A stretch of DNA of 64,000 bases from Lingula anatina (lineage: Eukaryota; Animalia; Brachiopoda), in NCBI GenBank assembly GCA_051362555.1, contig CM120641.1, forward strand, positions 25,240,401 to 25,304,400, read 5' to 3'. Under the pieces are notes generated by a model, which was not told the DNA's origin, ran no database searches, and worked only from the letters and a program-made list of their open reading frames with translations. Below are positions 25,376 through 39,055 of the stretch, piece after piece. Every line of letters begins with the position of its first letter. The first letter of the stretch is position 1. The position numbers and the translations under genes were made by a program.

Positions 25376-26222
25376 CAGGGGGTTGACAAAAATTTTGCAC
25401 CATTTGTGTGAATAGTGCGCCGTGTAACATGGGGGATCCATTCGTAAAAAGTGATTTGCAGCTTATTGCTCGAGTAACACGTGATGAGTTTCCATCCATG
25501 TGCACTATAAAGGGTGTCATCGAAGGTTTAAGTCCCTTTTGACTGACAAGTTCCTACCATGGTGAAGATACGGGAGCTCAAAAAAGAAAGAAAAGAAATT
25601 GTTTCCCTAAGGGTGGGGGGGGGGGGGGGGTATGAATGTCCCCAGAGAGCCGCGAGATCTGGTGTGTCTGGTCAGACTATATATTGGGTTTGAAAAAGGG
25701 TGTAGAACACTGATGATGCCCATAAGTAGCCACTGATTGGCCGCCCTAAGAAGACCACATGTATTGCCAGAAACAACAGGTGTCTTTTTATGCTGTAAAG
25801 ACTTAGTAAACAGTCATGAAGAAGAGTGACATGGGTTGCAAGATCCATTGCATGGACCCTAGCTCCATTTATGGCGCCATTTTGTATTTTCTGATGAGAC
25901 CATTTTCACCTTCTAACCTGAGAGAGAACATGAAATTTTTTACTAGACAGTTCACTTCAATAATGTTTTGAGTGTGCATTAGTTTCTAGGGAATTGGTGA
26001 ACAGGGGCTGAGGCAAGGTAACCTGAACCACGAGCATAACATTAATATTCTGGACCAGCACTTTTTACATGCGTTATTTACGGGCAAACTATTGGTCTGT
26101 TAACCTGTAGTAAGGATACTAACTTGACCGACCCAGTTTTCAATAAAATACTAATTTGAAAAACCTAGCAAACCCAGCACTCACCTTCAAGCAAACTGGT
26201 GCAATACTTTTGTCACTCCCTG
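25376..26222 (+). mobile_element. Degenerate, internally deleted Tc1-like transposon (copy 2)
   Basis: TA-CAGGGGGTTGACAAAAATTTTGCACC / GGTGCAATACTTTTGTCACTCCCTG-TA; VFSDET remnant at about 25885. Confidence 0.85.
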
Positions 26223-26670
26223 TACCTCTGAATAATACATGTATTGGTATATACGGGAGACCAAATGCAACGTTATTCTATCCACAAAACAGGGTGACAC
26301 GTAAGTTTAATTCAACATATGACATAAATGTCATATTTAAGACAAGGTTTAAATACTATATATTATATAACATTTCAAAATTTATCACATATTATCAGTT
26401 TTATACATGTATTATAATGCAAAAACTTGTGTGCAACTTACTATTGCCGGTGGAGTCATTATCATAATTATCCTGTTTTTGTTTTGCTTTCAGAACGGTA
26501 ATGATTCTTACCTCATCATTGAAAAAAATCAAGAGGAACCTGTCAATATAATTAACTAGAAACATATACTACAATTTCATTTCCAGTTTTTCGGCAGGCA
26601 TTATAACATAACTGATTTTTTACAGCTCAATTGCAGATTACATTCAAAATCAATGGTTCACTGTGTGTGT

Positions 26671-26707
<37 letters not shown>

Positions 26708-27745
26708 TGTGCATGTGTGTTAAACATCAAAATCTTTGCATGTTTTAACTAAAAGTATACTTAAAAGTATTGTATTCGGTGGAACTGAAAATCAATAAAA
26801 AGCTCACACCAATCGCAACTAACGCATCTCTGACTATGAAAAGAAGTTTCTGCAGACTTCGTCTGTTGTAAACTTATTGAAAACCTCCGTGTCGTGTCAG
26901 CTAGATTTATGGCTTTTTTGCATCATGATATGCTTCTTGTAATTACCATATAACTTGTAATCATTTTATAATTATTGCATGCAGACCGTTGTAGTATGCA
27001 GAAAAGGTATTCAGAAGTGGCTGACAGGGTAAAAAATTAAGAAAAAAATTGCCAGAAAATATCCAAACATTCCAGGATGCCCGGCGGTCACTAAAGGTTT
27101 TCCTAAGAACTCTCATCTGTTTCATTAAAATGTAGCCAAGAGCTATTTCTTTCCAAGAGCACAGGTAGGCAACTATCTTGTGAACATGTGACCTCTCCAC
27201 TCACATACACTGTTCATAGTCATTCACTAACCACTCATCATAGGAGCTAGACAGGACTTTTATATCTGAGGTAAATTTGACTTTATTTCTTTCAGTTTGT
27301 TTATATGTTTATATCACATTTGACATTATTTGTTAGTTCTGCATTCTATTTAATAATCTTCTGTTTAATCTGTTTGTACAACATAAGTATTTATAATTTC
27401 AGCTGTCATTGATTCCGGTGAATAAAATTGGAAAATCAAATAGTGTATATCTTATTTAATAGCGTCATAATCATATTTGTAATTGCTTAAAACACGATTT
27501 CATTTGATCTTCTTTCGCATATCTTTCAAATGGAACAAGACAAAAGGTGTATGACCAGCTTTGTAACGGATTTTACCATTTGTTCCAACTTTAATAAATG
27601 TCATATGGCTAACTAGGTTCAGGTGATGTTTATACTAATCACAACACACGCAGTACCATTCCGATGACATTTTAGTGGCTCCCTGTCGCCACATTATTCC
27701 AATTATTGAACAAAGCCAAAATTACCATTTAAGTTTCTCTTAAGG

Positions 27746-29890
27746 ATTATAATAAGTTTATTGAGCACTAAATGATATGAATACATTTGCAGGCTCTCTA
27801 GACTACAATATTTACACAATATATATGGATATACAATTATATATGTTTACATATGTAATATGTTAAATTATACGTGTGTTAATGCAATTAATGATGTAAT
27901 ATTAATTAATTAAGCTATTCACAGCATTATTGACAGTAAGTGTCTGTGATATACTAGATTTTTTTTATTATTTGTATATCATTTGGGGGTGTCCATTCAT
28001 GGGTCATTGACCCTTTAGCCAAACCCTTTTGGGTACAATCTTATTTTTGCATTATTTTAAAGTGATGTCGTACTATTAGTTGTAAGTTGTTTTATTATGC
28101 TCTTTTAAAATTCTTGTATATAATCTTGTACCCAATAAAGTCATTCAAATCAAATCAAATCAAATTTCAGGTGAACTATGTATTTTAACAGCAGTCTTTA
28201 CAAATTCTGCTATTACTTTGAGACTTTTATGACAGGGTGGATTAAGGAGAATTGACAATATCTGATCACTGTCATCTAGACCCACTACACTGATATTCAG
28301 TAGTTCATCATGCATTCGTTGCCTTTCAACAGCGTATCTTGCACATTCCGCGAGGAAATGTTTTTCATCCTCTACACAGTTGCAAGCTTTACATTTTCTC
28401 TCATCAAGTGGAGTTTTAGGGTTTGTGTATCGGCCCCTTTCTATTGCTAGGTCGTGGTCACTTAGTCTAATTTTTGCCAGTGTTTTGATATCTAAGGGGG
28501 AGACACTCATTTTGATGTAATTTTCACATTCATAAGATTTTTTAATTGTTTTGTATGTCCTTAATTTGTTTGAGGTCGAACTATTTAATTCCTGCCAAAA
28601 GAGTTTTTCGATTTTTATGTTCAATTTTTCAACTAGGTTTTCTATTTGATGTAATTTCTTTGGTGGGTTGTTATCTTCGGAGAAACCCCAACAATTGTGA
28701 AAAGATTGGATGGATTCTGTCCATGTGTTTCCCTTTGTATGTTGCTCAAGATTGTACACCTGTTTTACAATTCTATTATCTGGTAGTTGTTCCAGTCTAA
28801 GACTATATCTTTGGACAAGTTTAGCTATAGTTGAAAAAATAGGGTACCTGCCGAGTTCGGCTCTAGACATGGTATTGCTAGCCTGCTTTCTCAGACCTAA
28901 AATCCATTTGCAAAACTTCAAGTGTACCTGTTCGAATGGCATTTTATTAATCTTTTTCAGAGACATGTTTTTCTGTTTTAGTATCTCCTGTGACCAGACC
29001 TCACAACCATAAAGCAAAATTGGTTTGATGAGTTTGTCAAATAAGTTCATGCACAAAAGTGGTTTGGAAATGTTTTGAGAGGCAAGTGCTCCTTTAAGGG
29101 AAAACAGGGCTCTTAGGGCCTTTTTCTTTAAATTTTCAATTGCTTCCTTTAATGAGCCAGTATTGGAGAAAACTATTCCCAAATATGGGTATTGTTTTAC
29201 TTCTTCTATGGGTTCATCATTTATGTACAATTTTGTTTGATGGTCAAGTTTGCCCTTCTTCCTAAACACCATTATTTTTGTTTTCTTTGTATTAATGTGT
29301 AACTTCCACTTTTGACAGTACTGTTCTAGTTTGTTCAGAAGATTTTGCAGTCCATCCTTTGTTCTTGACAGTAGGACCAGATCATCAGCATAGAGTATGT
29401 GATTGATGCCATCCACCTTGTCTGTGGCTTTGCATGTGTGGAAGGATTCTTTTATGTCGTCTATAAATATATTAAAGAGTGTTGGGCTTAGATTGTCGCC
29501 TTGGCGGATTCCAATTTTAGCAAAAAAAAAAAAAAGGTTTGGTATAACTGTTGCCTGTGGAGATTCCTACTTTAGTATTTTTGTACTTATGTTTAATCAG
29601 ATTGTACAATTTTCCTCCTATTCCAAGTTTCTGTAATTTGAGTAGTAGACCTTTGTGCCACACCGAATCAAATGCCTTTTTAAAAGCAATAAAACATGCA
29701 TAGACCTTCCTATTTTGATTTGTACATCTGTTAATAATTGATTTAAGTGTGAAAATGTGATCAGTTGTTCTGTAACTTGGTCTAAACTCACCCTGTTCTT
29801 CGCTTAGTTTGCCTTCCTTTTCAATCAAGTCAGTTAGCCTATTTGCCAGAATAGAATTTTGATTTATTAATCTTTTTCAGAGACATGTAT
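27746..29890 (-). mobile_element. 5'-truncated, inactive non-LTR retrotransposon (CR1/L2-like group) RT
   Basis: ORFs 29517-29828 (EQGEFRP, TTDHIF, CFIAFKKAFDSVWH) and 28160-29416 (LYADD, YLGI, C-terminal CKAC...HFLAEC), split by a frameshift at the A run near 29522-29536. Minus-strand AATAAA and short ATT tail near 27750. Confidence 0.9.
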
Positions 29891-30423
29891 TACAAGCTGT
29901 CTGGGTAAGTTATTTATGGAGTGAAACTGTATGATCTCGGCACTCAGCGTATATGTGTCAAACAAGGTCTTATACATTAATAAACATCCGTTATTCGGAG
30001 ATAACAAAAACGATCTTCAAATTTGTAAAGTCTATCGAGTAAAACTGATCTCCGACTCAGCCGTATATGTGCAGTCGCAGGCTACGTGGTATTCAGGAAT
30101 TACCTAAAACGTTCTTCAAATTTTAATGGAATGAAACTGATCTCGTCACTCAGCCGCATATGTGCAGTCACAGACTACGTGGCCCTGCGTTTGAATCGCG
30201 CCGCACGCACAGTCTGTTCTTTCGTGAAATACTGGCCAATAACGTTTTGTGATTAAAATCCCGATAGCCCATCAAATCGGTTACCTAAAAAATACTGCCA
30301 CTATCGAACCCCTCCTTACACTTTATATTTTCTTATAATGATAATCAAAATACCAGTACACCAGATTAAAATTTAGATATATAATCTATAATATGGAAAC
30401 CGTTTCCTCAAAACTACACTTCT

Positions 30424-32314
30424 TTAGAACAGATACTCAAGAGTTGATCTACTGCCACTATGTAACCCGTCTATACCAAGAGTTAATTCAAAAACTGGCG
30501 TTCCATCTTCGATAATTTCAGGCATTTTGATGTGACGTCTGCCATTTTCGTTAGCGGGGACTCTCAGTATTGCTAAATTATATGGGTATACATTCAATGA
30601 CGGGGTCAGGTCCTTTGATAAACCTGTTATCACTTTTTGACCAGCTAATGTTTCCCTCACAGGGGCCCAATCCACTTTCTCACCACGCGATCGCCAAATA
30701 CGAATGCTGAACAGAAGCGGGTCTGTAATTGGTTTTAATTTTTCATTATACACTTTAATGTTCACTAAATTGTTGACCAATATTTTGGTCTTTTGGGATT
30801 TTCCCATATAAAACAACGTGGTCACAGCAATGGCATTGAAGTCGCCATCTTGCTTGGAAAGCCAGCAAAGGAACTGTCCTAACTGGTCTGGGTGACCTAA
30901 ACCGCCACCACGAATGTGGATCCATTCATTGCTGTACATCAGAACGTTCCACTCTGTCACATGACTGTCCCGGGTACTAGCAATTGAGTTCACCATATCT
31001 GGAATACGTTTTACATGATCGAACCGCCGAACTACAACACCCTCTTTCTCTAGCTTTTCTAGATTTTGAGAGTTGTCCTTTTCATTCAAAAATAAAATGA
31101 TATTAAACCCTTGTTTCTGTAAATCTTGTATTACTTCCAATAGCAGTATATTCTGCGTGTTAATAAGGTGTACCAAGAACACGTTGACAGCAATTTTGCG
31201 GATCTGTTCTATATCGCCCTCCTCTTTATCCGTGGATAAATTCTTTTCTGAACCTAGAACAAGGAGCATTGTGGTTGGATCGGTACACATCGCATTGTGA
31301 TTACAAACCCAACCACTACGTAGAGGATACATACCGTACTTGTTACAGAACTCGATCATTTCACTTTTCCGCCATTCGCGAATGTGAAAAGGGTTTAAGG
31401 GTGGCCCAATAAGCCTTTGTCTTTTATTAACACGATTGAAAACCTCCCTATCCGGAGTACTGAGAATAACAGCCTTACTTACGCTTGCCGCATGCGCTAA
31501 AATATCCATGTAGCACTTATCTGGTTTCAAAATGTGTTCAATAACATCACTGCTCACTACTATCGATTCTTTTAATACAGAGTCTGGAACAGGAAAGTCA
31601 TTCCCGCAATTACTTCCCTCAAAATTGCTCTCTATCCACGTTAGAGAGGGGTATGATTTGTTAGCAGTTCGAATATTAGGCCCAAAATCTATGCCTATGG
31701 TGTTGAACTCTACGGATAATTTGGCTAACTTGAATCCTCTGCCGCTGCCCAGGTCAACGATATATTTGGCACGTAAGCGTCTTCCCACTTCACCCACAAA
31801 CATGTAAACAGACATCTGCCACATGCTCTGCGGGAAAGCAGAAAAATATTCCACTTTATCTCGATGGTTATAATATTTTGCAATTGCGTAATCGCCCGTT
31901 TCCGTGCTTTGCTCGGTCGTTGTCACTTTACGGCTCCACGTAGGGCAGGTAAGATAACTTGGCCAAGTGTGACTCCTCCTTTGAAAGTGATACCTCAAAT
32001 AGAACAATTATGGTAAAAGTTGATGATTTTGCAAAAGAAGTACACAGTCAGAAGATACATGGATGCTACAGGCAGACCAAATAAGAAAGTTAATTACAAA
32101 GGACAACATTAAACTAACCGAAATAACCAGTAAATATCATTATAAAATTTCAAAATTGATGATAAAGGGTCCTTGAAACCGCCTACCAATATCTTTGAAA
32201 TCTCATCCATGGCCTGTTTGTTCCAGTTTCACTAGAAGTCTGGTAATATATGGCTCCAATAACCAGTAGAAGCACAGAAAAGAGAAGTCTAATAAATCTT
32301 ATTCTGGGCATCAT
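30424..32314 (-). CDS. Type II membrane methyltransferase, copy 3 (~560 aa); join(32314-32187, 31978-30424)
   Basis: Exon 1 MMPRIRFIRLLFSVLLLVIGAIYY...FQRY-TG|GTAGGC; acceptor CTTTCAAAG|G; intact ORF with VDLGSGRG and GPPLNPFHIREW. Confidence 0.85.
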
Positions 32315-32425
32315 ACTGTTAGATTTTTAAAGCCTTGTTTAAAATGCGATGCCAGATGTTGAATTAAACCTTTGTTTGGGTTATATATTAATAAAATCTA
32401 TCTCACTTACTTGCAGTCACATGTA

Positions 32426-33561
32426 CAGGGGGTTGACAAAAGTATTGCACCATCTGCGTGAAAAGTGCGCCGTGTAACATGGGGGACCAATTCGTAGAAA
32501 ATTATTTGCGGCTTATTGCTCGAGTAACCAGTGATGAGTTTTCATCCATGTGCACTATGATGGAGATCATCCAAAGATTTAGCCCCTTCTGACTGACAAG
32601 TTCCCACCATGGTGAAGAAACGATAACTCACAATGAAGAAAGAAAAGAAATTGTTTCTCTGGGTCGGAGGGTATAAATGTCCCCCAGATAACCACGAGAT
32701 ATGGTGTGTCTGCATGGTCAGACTGTCAAACTGTCTGAAGAAACTTTCATGCTTCAGGAATTCAAACCAGGGTTGCCAGGTGAAAACCACTTATAACATT
32801 GGTAAACAGACGAAAACGAGTGACATGGGATGCAAGAACCATTGCATGGACCCTAGCTCCATTTATGGCGCCATTTTTTATTTTCTGATGAGACCATATT
32901 CACCTTTTAACGTGAGAGAGAACATGCATTTTCTTACTAGACAGTTCACTTCAATAATGGTTTGAGGGTGCGTTGGTTTCTAGGGATTTGTTGAACAGGG
33001 GCTGATGCAAGGTAACCTGAACCGCGAGCGTAACATTGATATTCTGGACCATTACATTTTACCATCAGTAGAAAACATATATCTGGGGACAGAAATCATC
33101 AATTCATTTTCTAATATGATAACGCCACATCCCACAGAGCTTGGCATCAACAGGGTGGACTGGCTTTTCCTATCAACATATGGAAATCCCTTTGAAAGAC
33201 TGTAGAATGAGATTGGAAATCGCGTGGCAAAGAATGGCCCATTTACCAGAACTTCTCTAATCCAAAATGTCTTTTAAGCCTGGCCCAACGTAGTCCCCAG
33301 ATAATTACTGAGTCGTTATAACATCAGTCTATCTCAAGATGGACGGTGGCCATATTGAGCTCGAGATCACGTGGCTGTTCTACAAAATAGTAATATTGAC
33401 ATAATAACATGCGTTATGTAAGGGCAAACTATTGGTCTGTTAGTCTGTAGTAAAGATACTAACTTGACCAAGCCAGTTTTCAATAAAATACTAATTGAAA
33501 AACCTAGCAATTCCAGCACTCACCTACAAGCAAACTGGTACAATACATTCGTCTCTCCCTG
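32426..33561 (+). mobile_element. Degenerate Tc1-like transposon (copy 3)
   Basis: TA-CAGGGGGTTGACAAAAGTATTGCACC left end and ...CAATACATTCGTCTCTCCCTG-TA right end; decayed FSDE, SIMV*GC, YDNATSH and DWLFLSTYGNPFE motifs. Confidence 0.85.
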
Positions 33562-34330
33562 TACCTCTGAATAATACATGATTATACGGGATACCAAATG
33601 CAACGTTATTCAATTCAAAAAACAGGGTGACACGTAAGTTTAATTCGACATTTGACATAAATATCATATTTCAGACAAGGTTTAATTGCTTTATATTATT
33701 ATATAACATTTCAAATTTAATCACATATTAACAATTATATACATGTATTATAATGCAAAAACTTGTGTGCCCCTAAGACTTCGACCAAAACGACCGTTAG
33801 AAAATGAAAGCTTGTAAAAAGCAATTTACATTTCTTCAAGTTTTTTCGTCAGTTCTAGCACGGACAGAAATAAACAAATGGAATAAGAAGATGAATTGAT
33901 ATGGAAAAACTAGTTATTGCTTGATATCATTGACATTTAAGTGATCTCTGAAACTCAGGTCATGCAAATGTGGCATTCTATTGTTTGATGACATACCATC
34001 ATCTCAGTCTTGTGTAAGGGCACTAAGTTGTCAGGCTGTCCCGATGTTCACCTTTCGGTTTAAGGATTGACTTTCTGTTCAATGGCAGTGAAAGAATGAA
34101 ATTTCTTGAAATCATACTATTGCCGGTGAAATCATTATCACAATTAATTTTTCTTTCGCTTTCAGATTGGTTATGATTCCTACCTCATCACTGAAAAAAA
34201 ATCAAGAAGAACATGTCAATATAATTAACTAGAAACGTATACGTATTCATTTTTAGTTATGCGGCAGGCATTATGACATATGAGATTTTTTACAGCTCAG
34301 TTGCAGATAACATTCAAAATCAACGGTTCG

Positions 34331-34331
<1 letters not shown>

Positions 34332-34368
<37 letters not shown>
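34332..34368. repeat. (TG)n microsatellite
   Basis: Direct run; homologous runs at about 16994 and 26662-26720. Confidence 0.9.
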
Positions 34369-34370
<2 letters not shown>

Positions 34371-37300
34371 AACATCAACATCTTTTCATGTAAAATATTG
34401 TATTCAGTGGGACAGAAAATCAATAAAAAGCTCACACTAATCGCAACTAACGCAACTCTGACTATGAAAAAGTTATATACTCCCCTAGCAAAAAGGGTCT
34501 CCCCTAATGCAATGCGTAAAGTGATACAGAAAATTAAGCTTATGTCATGAACCAATGTTTTTTTACATAACACATGGAAGGATTTTTTGCAATATTTTAC
34601 TGATTGTAAAACCAGTGATGAAGCTAACCATATTACAAAATATCAAAGCCACATTTTAGTATTTGGATAGTATTTTCTGGGTTTGAGGACGCACTTGACG
34701 CGTCTGTGGTTGGAGTCAAAAAGTTCTTAGTTTGCGAAGTGATGGCGTTCCACATACCGTGCAAAGATAGTATGAGATAATTTTTGTTTGCAGGGTTATC
34801 CCTCAATTATTCATTTCCGAGGATATCCCACACAGTCTCATTGTGGTTCTGATCTAGGGATTTAGCTGGCCATTGGGAAGTTAGGATCTGGTTCGCATCT
34901 AACTAGCCTACTTACCATGCTGAAAAATAAATGGGTGGTCATGGTCCCCAAAGCTATTCTAGACAGAATTCCTTAAGTTCTTTTCCAGCACTTGGATGCA
35001 TTGCTCTGCGTTAAGGTTCCCGTTGGCCACTTCCAGCTCGCCTACACCACAGTAGGCATTACACCCCATACTATGACTTATGTGGGGTGCGTCCTGTCGA
35101 TCAGAGGCGGAACATTGAGACAGTTACTTCTTACCAGTTGGTCTCCAAAGATCTCCAAACCCTTAAGCGTCCATAGCTTGACTTAACCTGCTTTCATCCG
35201 AGAACGGTATCATTGCCCAGTTGTTGGCTGGTGTCGGTTCCTGGCGGTGATCCCTGGTCTCCTAACAGCAAACCTGCCAAAATAATGGCGATTGTGTAGA
35301 CGTCATCTAACGGTAAACTCAGAAGAAATATGTTTTGCCCTATTCTTGTTAAAAGTTGCAGTCAAGTTCCTCAACGATATAAAACGTTTTTCTACGAGGA
35401 ACTACTTCTACGGTGCATGCATGTTTTTTTTCCCATTCGGTTAAAATACTAGTACTTGGCCAATTTTGATACTTTATCTACCCCTTTCCATTTATTCAAT
35501 TCTATTCTTATGATGTTTTTATCATTACATTTTACATTATGGTCGACTGGTGTTGTATGTTAGGGTCATTTTACATGGTTTTCTGATTCATATAATTAAG
35601 AGATCAAAAATGACAACTAACCGTGAGTCGAGATGATGCCCGTACAGTTTGTAGATAACATGCACGGTTCTGTTGGTGTCATTTTCAAACATGACTATTA
35701 CTTTATTTGTATATATGTATGCCAGTTCAAATTGCATTATTATCGCCATTTCTGCGGTGTTGAAGATTAAGCGTGCACAAGGGCGTGCACACACACGCGC
35801 ACACACACACGCATTAAAACAATTTGCTAAGCTACCGATTGCAGCAGAGAAGACAATTTCTGTTCCCCTCCAGGTGGCGCTAAAGAACGGTTTGGTTTGT
35901 CAAACCTGGCAAAAACTGCTCAAATTGCAGCATGCAGTAGACCATATAAGGATAGCTAGTGACCTACATAATGCCAAACCTGAAATCTTGGAAGATATAT
36001 GTCACTTCTTCTTTAGTTCTGAGTGACCAGGGTAGGGATGCGAGGCGGTCAGGATACTAAGTATATGCATATGGATATGTCAGTTTTAACCGATTCAACG
36101 AAACGTTCCAAGACAATGGTTTTAGGTATTTGTTGATAACGTATATTTGATGCATTGAAAAATGTGTTTGACGCCTGCACTGAACACTTGGTTTTGCCAT
36201 CCACCAATATTTTCCCCACGTGATATTTTGCGCCCTCCATGCCTCCTTTATTTCATCATGATAACTACACATAATTTGAAACTACATCGGTAGAATTAGG
36301 AGTGACAGTAAAGTTTTACATGCGAAATAGTCAGAATGGGGAAAATTCTGTGGAATGGCTCTTTAAAATTTTTGCTGTTGAAATTTAGTGGTTTTTAACT
36401 AATATCTTATATACTCTACTGTTTATTAGATCTTAGTTTTTAATAAGTACAGCAAAATACAATTGAAAATGTAAAAACAGGTTAAAAGTTTAGCGATATA
36501 CTTCCATTTCTAATTTTGGCATGTTTTCACAAATAATGCCATAAAATGTAATATTTCGAACCATTGCATTATGTGACCTAGTTTATAGTTACATTTCTTT
36601 CTGCGTGGCTGATTTTGAAAGCATCCATTTTCAAGGCATAGGGGGCAAATTGCTAGCGCCAATTTTGCAAGTAATGTTTGAACGTAATTTTGATATTTCT
36701 CATTTAGGGCTAATGTCAATGTCACGTTCTCTAATCAAAACGCTCTGTCCAAAGCAATTTACCATGATTTTTACCTCAAATTTAAAAACCTTTATAAAAA
36801 CCAAAACGCAGCATATTTAACACTGTGTAGTCATTCGTAACAAAACATGTTTTATTTCGTCAAAGAATAAAACCGCCCCTTCTGCCTTTAAACACGTTTT
36901 ACCATAAATCTGAGTTAGCCTCTGGACATGTATAAAACTGTTTGCGGTTTTCTTCAGCAAGGCAGCAAGTTGTTACTTGACGTTTATTTCAATGCAAATA
37001 TGATGCTCAATAATACAGAGAAATTGTTTTTCGAGTCCAGAAAAACTCACAGATGAAGCTCAATATGACCTTTTCATCAAAAGACGAAAAAACGGTACCT
37101 TGAAAGCTCTCTTCACGAATTTTGCACATTTGGAGATTTATGTTACTAATGCCCTTTTAAATGCTTTAAAGAGAAATAAATCATACTGAAAAAGTTTTAA
37201 GTTATTGATCTTACAAATAATACATAACCAATTTAATCCATTTCCAAAATTGTTTAATGATTAGTTGACAAAATTGATCAAAAGACCATAAATTTCATGT

Positions 37301-38287
37301 TTTATTTTCTGAAAAGTGAGCTTTTCACTCGTCACTCGGAACTTAGCATTAAAATATTTTCACTCACTTCGAACTCTAGAATAAAACTCTTAATTTTGAA
37401 TGCATGCAATGAACTTAAATAGGGGAAAAAATCTGGAAATTTTCCATTTAGATTTACTTGGTCCAAAAACCGTTTCGAAAACTACGCTATGAAAACCCCT
37501 TTTTGGGTTACAAATTTCAATAACTCTACGGCTATGTGTAAATTCTCTATCTCCATAGCTCTCCATAGCGAGGGTGACTCAAAATCTAGTTACTAACAAC
37601 TCGTATCTGTATAATCTTTTGAATCTTGAAAACTTGCTGTCTTGAAGAGTGAAAAGTGTCATTTTTACGGACAACAATCTATCATTTTGTTTGAGTAATG
37701 GGGTTACACATATAAGACTCAATTCGCGAGAATTACATGTAGTTGTAAACTGATTTGGCTTTTCTAAGTCTACCTGTCAAACTACATAAAAAGAGCATGG
37801 AAATAGTAAACGATTTTTTGTTAAATACCTTAATTTGCTCATCTAGATTGTAATCTTAATAACACCGATTTTTTCTAAAGTTAAGGTTAATAACGTGCAA
37901 TATTTTTGTAATTATTTGTCAATTATGACTTGAATTTGTGGCATTACTTTGTTTAACAGATCTCACGTTTGCATAAAGATGAAGGGAACAGTCATGTGAT
38001 CTAAAGTTAATGTTTAGGTTCTCGTATGAAAACATCATTCATGTTCAGGAAGTTACAAACCATTTGTTACAAATACGCAAGGTGGTATAAGTAAAACGGT
38101 GATTTGCCCCTCCATTTTGCCTAGGTTTGATAAAAACACGTTGCAAGTGCTAAAATGCATTTTTTCGATAATCGATGCCTCTAGGGGATTTATTTTCACA
38201 TTCCCCATTGAAGTTTATCTCTTGTTGTGTATTTGAAAGTATCGATTGCTGTAAAATGTTGAAATTTATTTCGTAAACGGCTTGTGA

Positions 38288-38322
<35 letters not shown>

Positions 38323-38971
38323 AAAATATTTTTAAAATGTGTATTTTCCTTCTAAGCAATAACTGTCGGGTTTTATGTCGTATCAAATGTAGAAAATGAA
38401 ACAACAATAATGGCAGATACATGGTATTTTAAAAGGGTGTCACATTTTGAAATTCTTGGCAAATTGGAATTTTTTGTGACTTAAAATTATGTGATATCAG
38501 AGTGAGTCTCTTTCGATTTTTTCCTGCGGTGGTGCGGGGTGAGACAGCTACTAGATCTGCCGTTGTTTTTGTTAAAAATGAAAATCTGATTGTCATTTTT
38601 ATCTGAAATAATTTCTTTATTATTATAACAAGAACAAATATTGGCCAAGCAGCTTATTAGATATATCAAGTCAAATTTGTGTGAGTCTTAATGCAAATAT
38701 CAATATTTTTGTTTTACATATCTGAATATTTAAAACTTATTGTGATAAAATAATCTTAAAATTTCTTTAACAAGTGAATGTTTGAAAATATGAGAATACA
38801 ACAATGGCAGTTTATTTTTGCTCTAAATAAAATGCTATACAATAATATGTAAAATGGTTTAGCGTTTTCATTGGCTCGGAGGGACTCTAAGGGTGGGGGT
38901 TCTATACAGGCACTAACATGTTACATACTTTTCCAGAATTATCTTTGGTTACTATAAGAAGAAAGTCTACC

Positions 38972-39055
38972 AGGAGTGGGTGGGGATAGCACGCGCGGCT
39001 CGGAATCAGCAGGACTTGGGTTCGGTTCCTGGCGCTACTGGGTCCAAGCAAATTA
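38972..39055 (+). mobile_element. tRNA-derived SINE head or tRNA pseudogene-like fragment
   Basis: GTGGGGATAGCACGCGCGGCTCGGAATCAGCAGGACTTGGGTTCGGTTCCTGG: anticodon-like arm and box B-like GGTTCGGTTCC, followed by an A-rich (AAAT)n tract. No full cloverleaf. Confidence 0.4.

Noticed and set aside
12755-32007. Bacterial contamination as the source of the methyltransferase ORFs
   Set aside because: Each copy has a GT-AG intron, host-like composition and animal transposons around it, and is contiguous with ABHD2 and NTAQ1.
36300-38900. AT-rich stretch as a large DNA transposon
   Set aside because: I could not identify termini or coding remnants by eye.
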